Shown here: in pieces, positions 39,542-51,074 of the stretch | Numbering within the stretch: the stretch's first letter is position 1 | How the letters are laid out: every line of letters starts with the position of its first letter | Assembly (NCBI GenBank): GCA_040881635.1 | Contig: JBBECV010000008.1 | Coordinates: forward strand, 596-64,595 | DNA: 64,000 nucleotides | Direction: 5' to 3' | Origin: Thermoleophilaceae bacterium | Lineage (GTDB): Bacteria; Actinomycetota; Thermoleophilia; Solirubrobacterales; Thermoleophilaceae | The notes under the pieces: generated by a model | The model's database searches: none | Told to the model about the DNA's origin: nothing | The model's input: the letters and a program-made list of their open reading frames with translations, nothing else | Program-made: the position numbers and the translations under genes

Positions 39542-40729
39542 CTAGCGGCGGACGAGCACGTAGACGTCGCGGTCGTTGTCCACCCGCCCGGGCGCGAGCT
39601 CGGCGAGAGACCACCGCGGCGTCGCCTCGGCGAGCAGCCGCTCCGGCGTCATGAACGCCACGTCGTCGGGGTGCTCGTCACCGAGCGACACCGGGCCGTG
39701 CCAGAAGCCGTCGCGGGTCAGCGCGGAGTCGACCTCGTCGAGCTCCATGGCGCCGTCGTGCCGGCCGTCGTAGGCGCGTGCGACGGCGTGCCGGCCGCGT
39801 GCGACGAGCACGAGCGCGCCGCCCGGCCTGATCGCGCGGTGCAGCTCGTCCAGCCAGGCGCGAGCCCGATCCGACGGGAGGCGGCCCCACGCCGACAGCG
39901 CGTAGGCGGCGTCGAGCTCGCCGTCGGCCAGGTCGAGCGGCGGAGCGTCCGCGCGGGTCGAGAACGACACCGCCGGCCGAGCGTCGGCCTCGCCCGCGGG
40001 CGGCGTGCGGTCGACCGCGCGCAGCTCGCACTCGGGGTAGGCGGCGGCGAGCGTCGTCGCGACCGTGCCGTCGCGACACTCGAAGTCGAGGATCCGCGCG
40101 CCGGCGGAGACGTCGATCCCGCCGCTGGCGAGCCCGTCGGCGACTACGTCCGCGCCGTAGAGCGCGCCGGCGGTCGCGTCGAGCCACGGCTCGGGTGTGC
40201 GCGCGCCGGAGCGAGGCGCGGTCGGCGGCAGCCCGGTGCGCGCGGACACCCGGGCGACGCCCCACTGCACGCCCAGGGCGACGAGCAGCCGCCTTCGCGC
40301 GGCCGGGTCCGCCTCGGTGAGCTGGGTGCTGTGCTTGCCGTCGGCCGCCTGCTCGACGGCGGCGATGTCGCCGTCCTCCAGCCGGGCGAACAGGACGTCC
40401 GTGGCGGGCGCGGCCCGGAGCCGCTGTACGGGCACGCCGCGCGGCGCGGGGCCGATCTCGGCGTCCCCCTCGTCGAGGCCGATCGCCCTCACCTCTCCGA
40501 GCTGCGCCCCGGCCGCCCGCCGCGCCTCGATCGCCGCCCGCCGCACCGATCGCAGCAGGCGGACGGCCTCGCGCGCCCGCCGGCCCGAGGGCCGGCGCAT
40601 CGCAGCGTTGAGGTCGATCCCCCAGCGATCGAGCCAGTAGCTGCGGTCCTGCGCGGCCGCGATCGCGTGGTGCGCCTGCGCGAGAGCGTCGACGTCCTCG
40701 CCGCCCGACGCGGGACCGGCGCCGTTCAT
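39542..40729 (-). CDS. Class I SAM-dependent methyltransferase with long N-terminal extension
   Basis: The C-terminal half reads ARILDFECRDGTVATTLAAAYPECELRAVD...IRPGGALVLV. The likely start is the internal ATG with an AAGGA RBS (about 40729). The ORF itself extends to 40795. Confidence 0.7.
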   Translation of the reverse strand: MNGAGPASGGEDVDALAQAHHAIAAAQDRSYWLDRWGIDLNAAMRRPSGRRAREAVRLLRSVRRAAIEARRAAGAQLGEVRAIGLDEGDAEIGPAPRGVPVQRLRAAPATDVLFARLEDGDIAAVEQAADGKHSTQLTEADPAARRRLLVALGVQWGVARVSARTGLPPTAPRSGARTPEPWLDATAGALYGADVVADGLASGGIDVSAGARILDFECRDGTVATTLAAAYPECELRAVDRTPPAGEADARPAVSFSTRADAPPLDLADGELDAAYALSAWGRLPSDRARAWLDELHRAIRPGGALVLVARGRHAVARAYDGRHDGAMELDEVDSALTRDGFWHGPVSLGDEHPDDVAFMTPERLLAEATPRWSLAELAPGRVDNDRDVYVLVRR

Positions 40730-40763
40730 GTCCTTTGCTGCGCGAGACAAGGCAACCCGATGA

Positions 40764-41609
40764 TCACAGGTTCTCGGCGATGCGCGGCGTCTCACGGCGA
40801 AAGAGCCAGAGGCCGAACGCGACCGCCAGAAGGGCGACCCCGAGTGGGATGACCAGCCGCCAGCCGGCCCCGATCGCCTCCGCCGCGCTCGGCGCCGCGG
40901 GATCGAGGACGGCGTGGCGCGCCTGGGTCATGATCGCCGCGAGCGGGTTGGCGAGCGCCTCGCGTGCGACCGAGTCGGGCAGCTTGCCGACGACGTACAG
41001 GATCGGCGACGCGTAGAACAGGATCTGCAGCAGCACGTCCCAGATCGGCTGGATGTCGCGAAAGCGCACGTACAGCACGGAGAGCGTCATCGCGAGCCCG
41101 GTGCCGAGCGCCGCCAGCGCAAGCACCAGCAGCGGCAGCTGCAGCCAAGACAGGCGCGGCTGAACTCCCGCGGCGAGCGCGAACGCGAAGACGACCACGA
41201 GGTTGAGGCAGAGGTTGAACATCGCGGCGAGCGACACCGACAGCGGGATCGCCAGCCGCGGGAAGCGCATCTTGCGCAGCAGGTTCTCGCGCTCGAGCAG
41301 GCAACCGAGGCCGCGCGCCGTCGTCTCCGAGAAGTAGGTGAAGAGGACGATCGACATCAGCAGGTACACGGCGTAGTACTGGACCCCCTCGCCGAGGCGG
41401 ATCACCTGCGTGAAGACGACGTAGAGGACGCCGAAGAGCATCAGCGGGCGCATCAGCGACCACAGGTAGCCGAGGGCGGAGCCGAAGAAGCGCAGCTTGA
41501 AGTCGGTGACGGCGAGCATGACCGTCAGGGCTGCGAACCGTTTGACGTCGTCGCCGAACGCCAACGGCGACTGGCGCCGGGTCGTCAGCGCCTCGGCGGT
41601 GGCGTTCAC
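40764..41609 (-). CDS. wzm: ABC-2 type polysaccharide export permease
   Basis: 281 aa from a GTG at 41609, with a GTGA overlap with wzt. FKLRFFGSALGYLWSLMRPLMLFGVLYVVF plus 6 TM segments. Confidence 0.85.
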   Translation of the reverse strand: MNATAEALTTRRQSPLAFGDDVKRFAALTVMLAVTDFKLRFFGSALGYLWSLMRPLMLFGVLYVVFTQVIRLGEGVQYYAVYLLMSIVLFTYFSETTARGLGCLLERENLLRKMRFPRLAIPLSVSLAAMFNLCLNLVVVFAFALAAGVQPRLSWLQLPLLVLALAALGTGLAMTLSVLYVRFRDIQPIWDVLLQILFYASPILYVVGKLPDSVAREALANPLAAIMTQARHAVLDPAAPSAAEAIGAGWRLVIPLGVALLAVAFGLWLFRRETPRIAENL

Positions 41610-42856
41610 AGGCGGTCCACCTCCACCGTCGCCGGGAGGTCCACGACGCCGCCGGAGTGCCGATCGGCGGTGACCGAGAGCATCGCCGCGTCGGGGTGCA
41701 CGGCGATCGGCTCGTCGCCGTCGAGGACGGTCGGCGACAGCGTGTAGACGCTCGGCCCGAGCCAGAGGTCGAACGCCACGCGCACGCGAACGCGCTCGCC
41801 GGCGCTCAGCGAGCCCATGTCCTGGCTCTGGCTGGTCGTCGACCGGGCGACGAAGACGGTGTGGCGGACCTCGTTGCGGAACGCGATCGCGAACCGAGGC
41901 GCCCGCACGGGCGCGTGCACGTCCAGGTCGACGCATGCGACGCACGGGCGGCCCTGGTGCAGCTCGTCGACGCGCTGACCGTTCCCGTCCTCACACCAGC
42001 AGTCGGCGACCGCGACGTCCGCGCCGGGCACGCCGGTGCCGAGCTGCCCGAAGTTGATCTCCTGGTAGCGCCGCGCGATGCGGTCCGGGGCGCCGATCTC
42101 CTGGACGCGACCGCGCTCGAGCAGCATCGCTCGGTCCGAGAAGCGCTCGACGGCATTCATGTCGTGGGTGACGAAGATGATCGTCCGCCCCTCCTCCTTG
42201 AGCTGCTCGAAGCGCTCGAAGCACTTGCGCTGGAAGGACGCGTCGCCGACCGCGAGGACCTCGTCCACGAGCAGCACGTCGGCGTCGACCTGCACCGCGA
42301 CCGCGAATCCGAGCCGCACCGCCATCCCCGACGAGTAGTTCTTGAGCTTCATGTCGACGAACTCCTCGAGCCCGGCGAAGGCGAGGATCTCGTCGAACCG
42401 GCGCTTTGCCTCGCGCCTGCTGAGCCCCAGCATCACGGCGTTGATCAGGACGTTGTCGCGCGCCGTCAGCTCCTGGTGGAAGCCGACGCCCAGCTCGATG
42501 AACGGCGACAGCCTGCCCTCGATCCGGATGCTGCCGCCGTCGGCCGCGTAGATGCCGGCGAGGCACTTCAGCAGCGTGCTCTTGCCGCTGCCGTTGCGTC
42601 CGACGATCCCGACGAACTCACCGCGCGCAACCTCGAGGCTGACGTCGTCGAGCGCGACGAGGTCCTCGGCGTCGCGGGCGGCGAACGGGTGCAGCGCCCG
42701 CTGCTTGATCGTCTTGAACTGGTGGTGCGACATCCGGAAGCGCTTCGAGACGCGCTCGATCGAGACCGCGGCGGATGCCGGGGCGGCGCTGGGCACGCGT
42801 TGGGGCCCGGCTTTCGAGGCGACGGCGGTCAAGGGAGGGAAGCTACCAACGCCCAC
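41606..42856 (-). CDS. wzt: Polysaccharide ABC exporter ATP-binding protein with C-terminal Wzt_C-like domain
   Basis: Walker A GRNGSGKSTLLK, signature YSSGMAVRL, Walker B LLVDEVL. A beta-rich extension of about 150 aa follows the NBD. The start is uncertain. Confidence 0.85.
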   Translation of the reverse strand: MGVGSFPPLTAVASKAGPQRVPSAAPASAAVSIERVSKRFRMSHHQFKTIKQRALHPFAARDAEDLVALDDVSLEVARGEFVGIVGRNGSGKSTLLKCLAGIYAADGGSIRIEGRLSPFIELGVGFHQELTARDNVLINAVMLGLSRREAKRRFDEILAFAGLEEFVDMKLKNYSSGMAVRLGFAVAVQVDADVLLVDEVLAVGDASFQRKCFERFEQLKEEGRTIIFVTHDMNAVERFSDRAMLLERGRVQEIGAPDRIARRYQEINFGQLGTGVPGADVAVADCWCEDGNGQRVDELHQGRPCVACVDLDVHAPVRAPRFAIAFRNEVRHTVFVARSTTSQSQDMGSLSAGERVRVRVAFDLWLGPSVYTLSPTVLDGDEPIAVHPDAAMLSVTADRHSGGVVDLPATVEVDRL

Positions 42857-42938
42857 CCCTCCAAGGCGGGGGTCGTGCAGTCGATTCGAGCTTTGGCCCT
42901 AACGCAGCGCCTGCGCGAATAGCGCAGAATGCCACCGG

Positions 42939-45724
<2,786 letters not shown>

Positions 45725-45732
45725 CGCCGGCG

Positions 45733-46866
45733 ATGACCGGCGCCTCCGACGACAGGCGGCTGCGCGTGCTGCTCGGGCCGACCGACCCCGCGGGCGTCGC
45801 GTGCAATCTCGGCCAGGGGCTGCAGGAGCTCGGCCACACCGTCGAAGTCGTCGTGTGGGAGCCGAGCCCGTTCGGCTACCGGCATGACGTGTCGTTGGGG
45901 TCGGCGTGGAAGCGGCTCCGCTACGCCCTCGGCGCCGGCCGAACCCACGACGTACTGCACATGTTCGGTGGACGAAGCGTGCTGCCGTACCTCGACCTGG
46001 TGACCGCCCGAGCTCGCCGGCGCCTTCCGATCGTCCAATACAACGGCACCGACGCGCGGTGCTCTGGCATCGCCGCGGAGCTGCATCCGGCGCGGGCGCG
46101 GATCGTCGAGCCGGGCCGTGATCGCAATATTCGCGTCCATCGCCGTGTCGCTGGCCGGATCGCGCACGCGGCCATCGTCCAGGACCTGGAGCTCGTGAGC
46201 TACCTCGTCGGCAGCTACCGGTCGATCTACGTGATGCCGTTCGCGATCGACCTGCCGGCGATCGACCGTGCCGCCGCAGCGCATCCGCCGGTTGGCAGCG
46301 GATCCGCGCTGCGCGTCCTGCACGCACCGTCGAACCGCCGTGTCAAGGGGTCGGACCGGATCGAGGCGAGCATCCGCGCCGCGGCCGTCGAGGTCGGGCT
46401 CGAGCTCGTCACGGTGAGCCGGGCCCAGCACTCCGAGGTGCTTGCCGAGGTAGGCCGCGCCGACCTCGTAGTGGATCAGCTCAACAGCGAGACGCCTGGG
46501 GTGCTCGCAGCGGAGGCGATGGCGCTCGGCAAGCCGGTGCTGGTGGAGTTCGACGAGCGCAAGCTCGCGACGTTTGCGCGCCCAACGCCTGCTGTTCCCA
46601 TCACCGCCGATAACCTGGCCGCCCGTCTCATCGCCCTTGCTCGCGACCCGGCGGAGCGAGCATCGCTAGGGGAATCCGGCAAGGCCTACGCGCGTGCGGT
46701 TCATGCCCCCGTCGGAGCGGCGAGAGCGGCCGAGGCGGTCTACCGCCATGTCGCCCGCCGCCAGCCGGGGATCTTCGAGGCCGGCCCTGACGGCGTCGTG
46801 CGCGAACTCGACGCGAGCGTCCTGAGGGCCGTGTTGCCGCAGGCGCACCGGCGCGACGCGAACTAG
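45733..46866 (+). CDS. Glycosyltransferase (GT-B fold, GT1/GT4-like)
   Basis: 377 aa. The C-terminal domain reads LRVLHAPSNRRVKGSDRI...PGVLAAEAMALGKPVLV. Confidence 0.55.
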   Translation: MTGASDDRRLRVLLGPTDPAGVACNLGQGLQELGHTVEVVVWEPSPFGYRHDVSLGSAWKRLRYALGAGRTHDVLHMFGGRSVLPYLDLVTARARRRLPIVQYNGTDARCSGIAAELHPARARIVEPGRDRNIRVHRRVAGRIAHAAIVQDLELVSYLVGSYRSIYVMPFAIDLPAIDRAAAAHPPVGSGSALRVLHAPSNRRVKGSDRIEASIRAAAVEVGLELVTVSRAQHSEVLAEVGRADLVVDQLNSETPGVLAAEAMALGKPVLVEFDERKLATFARPTPAVPITADNLAARLIALARDPAERASLGESGKAYARAVHAPVGAARAAEAVYRHVARRQPGIFEAGPDGVVRELDASVLRAVLPQAHRRDAN

Positions 46867-46869
46867 CCG

Positions 46870-47958
46870 TCAGCCGACGTTGCCGACGAGGTACTTGACG
46901 ACCTTGTCAGCCACCTGGCGGTGCTCATTTCCCTCATAGGGCGAGGTCCAGTCGGCTGGCGCGGCGAGCATCGCGCGTACGCAGGCGATCATCCTGTCGG
47001 GGCTGGATACGCCGCTGAGGACGTTCGATCCACACTCGACGGTCTCGGGCCGCTCGGTGGTGTCGCGGCAGGTGACCGTCGGGACGTGCAGCAGGCTGCA
47101 CTCCTCCTGGACCGTCCCGCTGTCGCTGATCACGATTCGCGCAGCCGCCTCGAGCCGAACGAAGTCCGCGAAACCGAACGGCTCGTGCAGCGCGATCCGC
47201 TCATCCAGATCGCGTCCGCGCACCTCGAGCCGGGCGCGCGTGCGCGGGTGGACGCTCCAGACGATCGGCATGTCGAGCTCTGCGGCGACGAGCTCGAGGC
47301 CCTCGCAGATGACCTCCAGACGCTCGGGCACGTCTACGGTCTCCTGCCGGTGGGCGGTAACCAGGACGTAGCCCTGCGGCTGAACGCCGACATCCTGGAG
47401 GATCTCAGACTGCTCCCACTGCGGCCGGAAGCGCTCCATGACGTCGGCGATCGGGTTGCCCGAGACGAGGATGCGCGTGGGATCGACGCCCTCGTTCAGT
47501 AGGTACTCCCGCGAGCGCGGGGTGTATGGCAGCAGCCAGTCGCTGATGTGATCGATCAGACGCCGGTTCTTCTCCTCGGGTACGCGCTCATCGAAGCAGC
47601 GGTTGCCCGCCTCCATGTGGAAGACCGGTATCCCGCGCCGCGCAGCGGCGATCGCCGCCAGGCCGCTGTTGGTGTCGCCGAGCACGAGTAGTGCGTCCGG
47701 CTCGAAGCGGATGAGCTCTCGCTCGGACCGCTCGATCACCTGAGCGATCTGCTCACCGATGCTCGCCGCCTTGATCCCCAGGTACGCATCCGGCTCGGGC
47801 AGACCCAACTCGGCGAAGAAGATGTCGGACAGCCGCGTGTCGTAGTTCTGACCGGTATGCACCATGTGATGCTCGACGCCAGCCGCCGCGAGCCGCTCGA
47901 ACACGAGACACAGGCGGATCAGCTCCGGCCGCGTCCCGAGGACCGTCATCACCTTCAT
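46870..47958 (-). CDS. UDP-N-acetylhexosamine 2-epimerase (WecB/FnlC/WbvD-like)
   Basis: 362 aa. MKVMTVLGTRPELIRL...LVLGDTNS...SDSGTVQEE. Confidence 0.85.
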   Translation of the reverse strand: MKVMTVLGTRPELIRLCLVFERLAAAGVEHHMVHTGQNYDTRLSDIFFAELGLPEPDAYLGIKAASIGEQIAQVIERSERELIRFEPDALLVLGDTNSGLAAIAAARRGIPVFHMEAGNRCFDERVPEEKNRRLIDHISDWLLPYTPRSREYLLNEGVDPTRILVSGNPIADVMERFRPQWEQSEILQDVGVQPQGYVLVTAHRQETVDVPERLEVICEGLELVAAELDMPIVWSVHPRTRARLEVRGRDLDERIALHEPFGFADFVRLEAAARIVISDSGTVQEECSLLHVPTVTCRDTTERPETVECGSNVLSGVSSPDRMIACVRAMLAAPADWTSPYEGNEHRQVADKVVKYLVGNVG

Positions 47959-49043
47959 GTGCGCGGGGGCTCCATGCTGCCGGTCGCCGCCATGGCTCCC
48001 ATCGCCGGATCCACGAAGCCCGACTGGGCGATCAGCGCCTCGAGCTCGGCCCCATGTACGACGGCGTCACGAGACGAGTACTCGCCCTCCAACGCCTGCA
48101 CCGCATCCTCCGACTGAAGCTCCGGAAGCGGGGCTTGGACGACGTAGTGATCCGCGCGCTCGACCGTCCGATAGGCCTCCTCCTCGGAGACGAGGATCTC
48201 GTGGAGCTTCTCGCCGGGGCGAATTCCAGTGACGACTGTCGCTATGTCACGGCCATCGATGAGCGCCGCGGCAATGTCCGGGATTCGCGCGGAGGGGACG
48301 CGTGGGACGAAGATCTCGCCGGGCTGCGCCTCCCGGTAGGCCGCAAAGATCGTGTCGACGGCGCTGTCGAGGCTCAACAGGAAGCGAGTCATCTCCGGAA
48401 GCGTGATCGTCACGGGACCGCCGTTGGCGATCTGCGACTTGAACAGGGGGATCACGGAGCCGCGCGAGGAGAGGACGTTCCCGTAGCGGACCGCGAGCAT
48501 GCGCGGCCCTCCGCCGGGCAGGTTCCCCTCGATGACGATGCGCTCCTGCAGGGCCTTGGTCATGCCCATCACGTTGATGGGCTTGCATGCCTTGTCGGTC
48601 GACACCCCCACGACGGTGTGGACGCTGTCCGACCGCCGCGCCGCGCGTACGACGTTCTCGGCGCCGCGCACGTTGGTCGCCACGGCCTGCGCGGGGAAGT
48701 ACTCGCAGGTCGGGACCTGCTTCATCGCTGCCGCGTGGAAGACCACATCGACCGAGCGCATCGCGTCCTCGATGCTGTTCGGATCGCGAACGTCGCCGAT
48801 CCAGAACTCGATCAGCTCGGTGAAGTTGTCGTAGTAGATCTCGTCGGTGGCCGTCCAGGCGTGCTTCCAGGTCGTCTTCATGGCGTACTGCTTCGCCTCG
48901 CAACGCGAGAAGACGATGATCTTGCGTGGCGCGCCGAGGTCGCCCCGGAGCAAGCGGCGGACGAGCGTCTGCCCGAGCGACCCGGTGCCGCCGGTTATCA
49001 GGACGGTGGCGTTGTCGAGGTTACGGCTCATCGGCTCCTCCAT
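47955..49043 (-). CDS. UDP-GlcNAc 4,6-dehydratase/5-epimerase (CapD/FnlA/WbvB-like)
   Basis: 362 aa. VLITGGTGSLGQTLVRRLL...IIVFSRCEAKQ...VVFHAAAMKQVP...VSTDKACKPINVMGMTKAL. Confidence 0.85.
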   Translation of the reverse strand: MEEPMSRNLDNATVLITGGTGSLGQTLVRRLLRGDLGAPRKIIVFSRCEAKQYAMKTTWKHAWTATDEIYYDNFTELIEFWIGDVRDPNSIEDAMRSVDVVFHAAAMKQVPTCEYFPAQAVATNVRGAENVVRAARRSDSVHTVVGVSTDKACKPINVMGMTKALQERIVIEGNLPGGGPRMLAVRYGNVLSSRGSVIPLFKSQIANGGPVTITLPEMTRFLLSLDSAVDTIFAAYREAQPGEIFVPRVPSARIPDIAAALIDGRDIATVVTGIRPGEKLHEILVSEEEAYRTVERADHYVVQAPLPELQSEDAVQALEGEYSSRDAVVHGAELEALIAQSGFVDPAMGAMAATGSMEPPRT

Positions 49044-49899
49044 TTGCGTACTCGCGGATCATCTCTGGCCAGGTCGGCAACTCGATCCCCGTCTCATCGC
49101 GAAAGCGCGACGAGTCCAGAGCCCGATTGAGTCGCGGCTCCTCGACGCGCTCGATCTCACAACCGAAGGCGAGGGCATCGTCGAGAGCGACGAGCAAGTC
49201 GTACTTGGAGATCGGCTCGGATGAGACATGGTAAAGACCTGTCAGCCGCGGATGCTCGCGCACCACCTCGCCGACGACGCGCGCGAGAGCGCGCGTCGTA
49301 AGCCCGGAGAACAGGGCGTTCGCGAAGCCCCGCACGCGCTTGCCGCGCTCGGACGCGAGCCACTCGAGCAGTCCTGATGCCCGCTCGAGCTCCCACCCGA
49401 TGATCGACGTCCTGAGCGTCAGTGCGCCGTCATGGACCTCCCCGAGCAGCTTCGAGCGACCGTAGAGATCGCGAGGGTCGGGCACGTCGTCCTCGGCATA
49501 GCGCCGCGGCGCCGGCAACTCCCCCGAGAACACGCAGTCGGTGCTCACGTGCACGAGCCTCGCCCCCGCGTTGCCGCATGCTTCGGCAAGCTGATGGGGG
49601 AGGAGCGCGTTCAGCGTGATCGAGGGAACCGGACGCGAGGCGTCGTCAAGCTGCTTGACCACGCCGATGCAGTTGAGGACAGCATCGGCGCCGGTCGCGG
49701 TCAAGATGTCGGGCAACCTCTCGGGCCTCCACGCATCGAACTCGTGCAGCTCGTGCGCAGGCAAGCCATGGCGCGCGGCGAGCCCTGCATCGCGCACGGT
49801 CGCATGGACCTCGAAGTCGGGCGCGAGCACCCGCACCGCTTCGTGCCCAAGCATGCCCGTGCCGCCCAGGATCAGAAGTCGCGTCCGGGCGGCCGTCAC
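49021..49899 (-). CDS. RmlD-like sugar-nucleotide 4-reductase (SDR)
   Basis: 292 aa. LLILGGTGMLGHE...VLNCIGVVK...LVHVSTDCVFSG shows the RmlD substrate-binding family layout. Confidence 0.75.
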   Translation of the reverse strand: MTAARTRLLILGGTGMLGHEAVRVLAPDFEVHATVRDAGLAARHGLPAHELHEFDAWRPERLPDILTATGADAVLNCIGVVKQLDDASRPVPSITLNALLPHQLAEACGNAGARLVHVSTDCVFSGELPAPRRYAEDDVPDPRDLYGRSKLLGEVHDGALTLRTSIIGWELERASGLLEWLASERGKRVRGFANALFSGLTTRALARVVGEVVREHPRLTGLYHVSSEPISKYDLLVALDDALAFGCEIERVEEPRLNRALDSSRFRDETGIELPTWPEMIREYANGGADEP

Positions 49900-51074
49900 T
49901 TCGGCGCAGTATGCCGGAGCAGCAGCGCGCGCAACTCGCCCCTGATCCGGCGCCCGTCGTGGACGGACGCAGCGAGCGCCATGGCGCGCGCCGCGCGCCG
50001 CTGCGCCAGGTCCGGATTGGCGACGATCCGCTCGACGCCCGCAGCGACCGCTTCGATGCTGGCCTCGTCGACGACCTCCGCGAAGTCCTCGCTACGCGCG
50101 TACTCGGCGACATGCGAGCCGGCAGGCGCGTGGACGAGCAGCGGCGTGCCCGACGCCATGTACTCGACGAGCCGCGCGGGGGTGGCCGTCCGGATCACCT
50201 GCGGATGCGGCGACCCGAAGCTGAGACCGAGCGCGAGCACGTCCGCGTCCGCGACGCGACGGCGAAAGTCGTCGCCTAACAAGCGAGCCTCGTAACGGTC
50301 GGCGACGATGCCTTGGGAACGAAGGCGCGACTCCTGGCCGATCACGGTCAGTCGCGCCCGCTCCACACGGGCGACAGCCGAGGACAGCCGCCGGATCGCA
50401 TCCTCCTGCGCCCAGTAGACAGCTCCCCCGGCGAACACCTCGGCTGGCTCATCCGCCCTCACGGACTGCGGGCCTCGGTGCCCGTCACGTGCCTCGGCCT
50501 CCGAAGGGAGGGGAATGCGCAGGACACTCGGTTCGATGCCGTGCTTGCCGCGGTAGTGGTCGGCGGCCTCCGCGCTGAACACGACGACCTCCGCGGCCGA
50601 CCGGAAGAGACGGCGCTCGAACAGCCGAGCGCCCAAGCGCTCCGACCGCCCGTAGGCATTCTCCTCCCAGAGGTCGAACACTAGGACGACCAGCGGGAGC
50701 CCGGCCAAACGAGCCGTGACCGCCGCCGCGACCTGAGAGAACCCTCCGTCGATTGCCGTGACGACGCACACGGCACCGGAGCGCCGTGCCCACGGCACCA
50801 GACGCAAGCCGGCGAGCAGCGCCAGCGGTCCGTTCGCCAGGTGCGCGATCGGCGCCAGCCACGGGATCGGCGGGATGCGGAGGAAGTAACGGTAGGCACT
50901 CTCCAGCGCCAGCGGATCGCCGCGCCGGACGGCGCGACGCAACCTCGAGTTGACCGCCGGGGCGATGGACCAGCCGGGCAAGTCCTCCAGCAGGCGCTTC
51001 AAGATGACGTTCGTTCCGCCGGGATATGGCGGCCCCGACGCTTGGACCAGCAGCAAGCGGCGGCGATCAGACAT
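49896..51074 (-). CDS. Glycosyltransferase family 4 (GT-B)
   Basis: 392 aa. The C-terminal motif LVEYMASGTPLLVHAPAG is an E..MA.G.P pattern. Confidence 0.7.
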   Translation of the reverse strand: MSDRRRLLLVQASGPPYPGGTNVILKRLLEDLPGWSIAPAVNSRLRRAVRRGDPLALESAYRYFLRIPPIPWLAPIAHLANGPLALLAGLRLVPWARRSGAVCVVTAIDGGFSQVAAAVTARLAGLPLVVLVFDLWEENAYGRSERLGARLFERRLFRSAAEVVVFSAEAADHYRGKHGIEPSVLRIPLPSEAEARDGHRGPQSVRADEPAEVFAGGAVYWAQEDAIRRLSSAVARVERARLTVIGQESRLRSQGIVADRYEARLLGDDFRRRVADADVLALGLSFGSPHPQVIRTATPARLVEYMASGTPLLVHAPAGSHVAEYARSEDFAEVVDEASIEAVAAGVERIVANPDLAQRRAARAMALAASVHDGRRIRGELRALLLRHTAPK

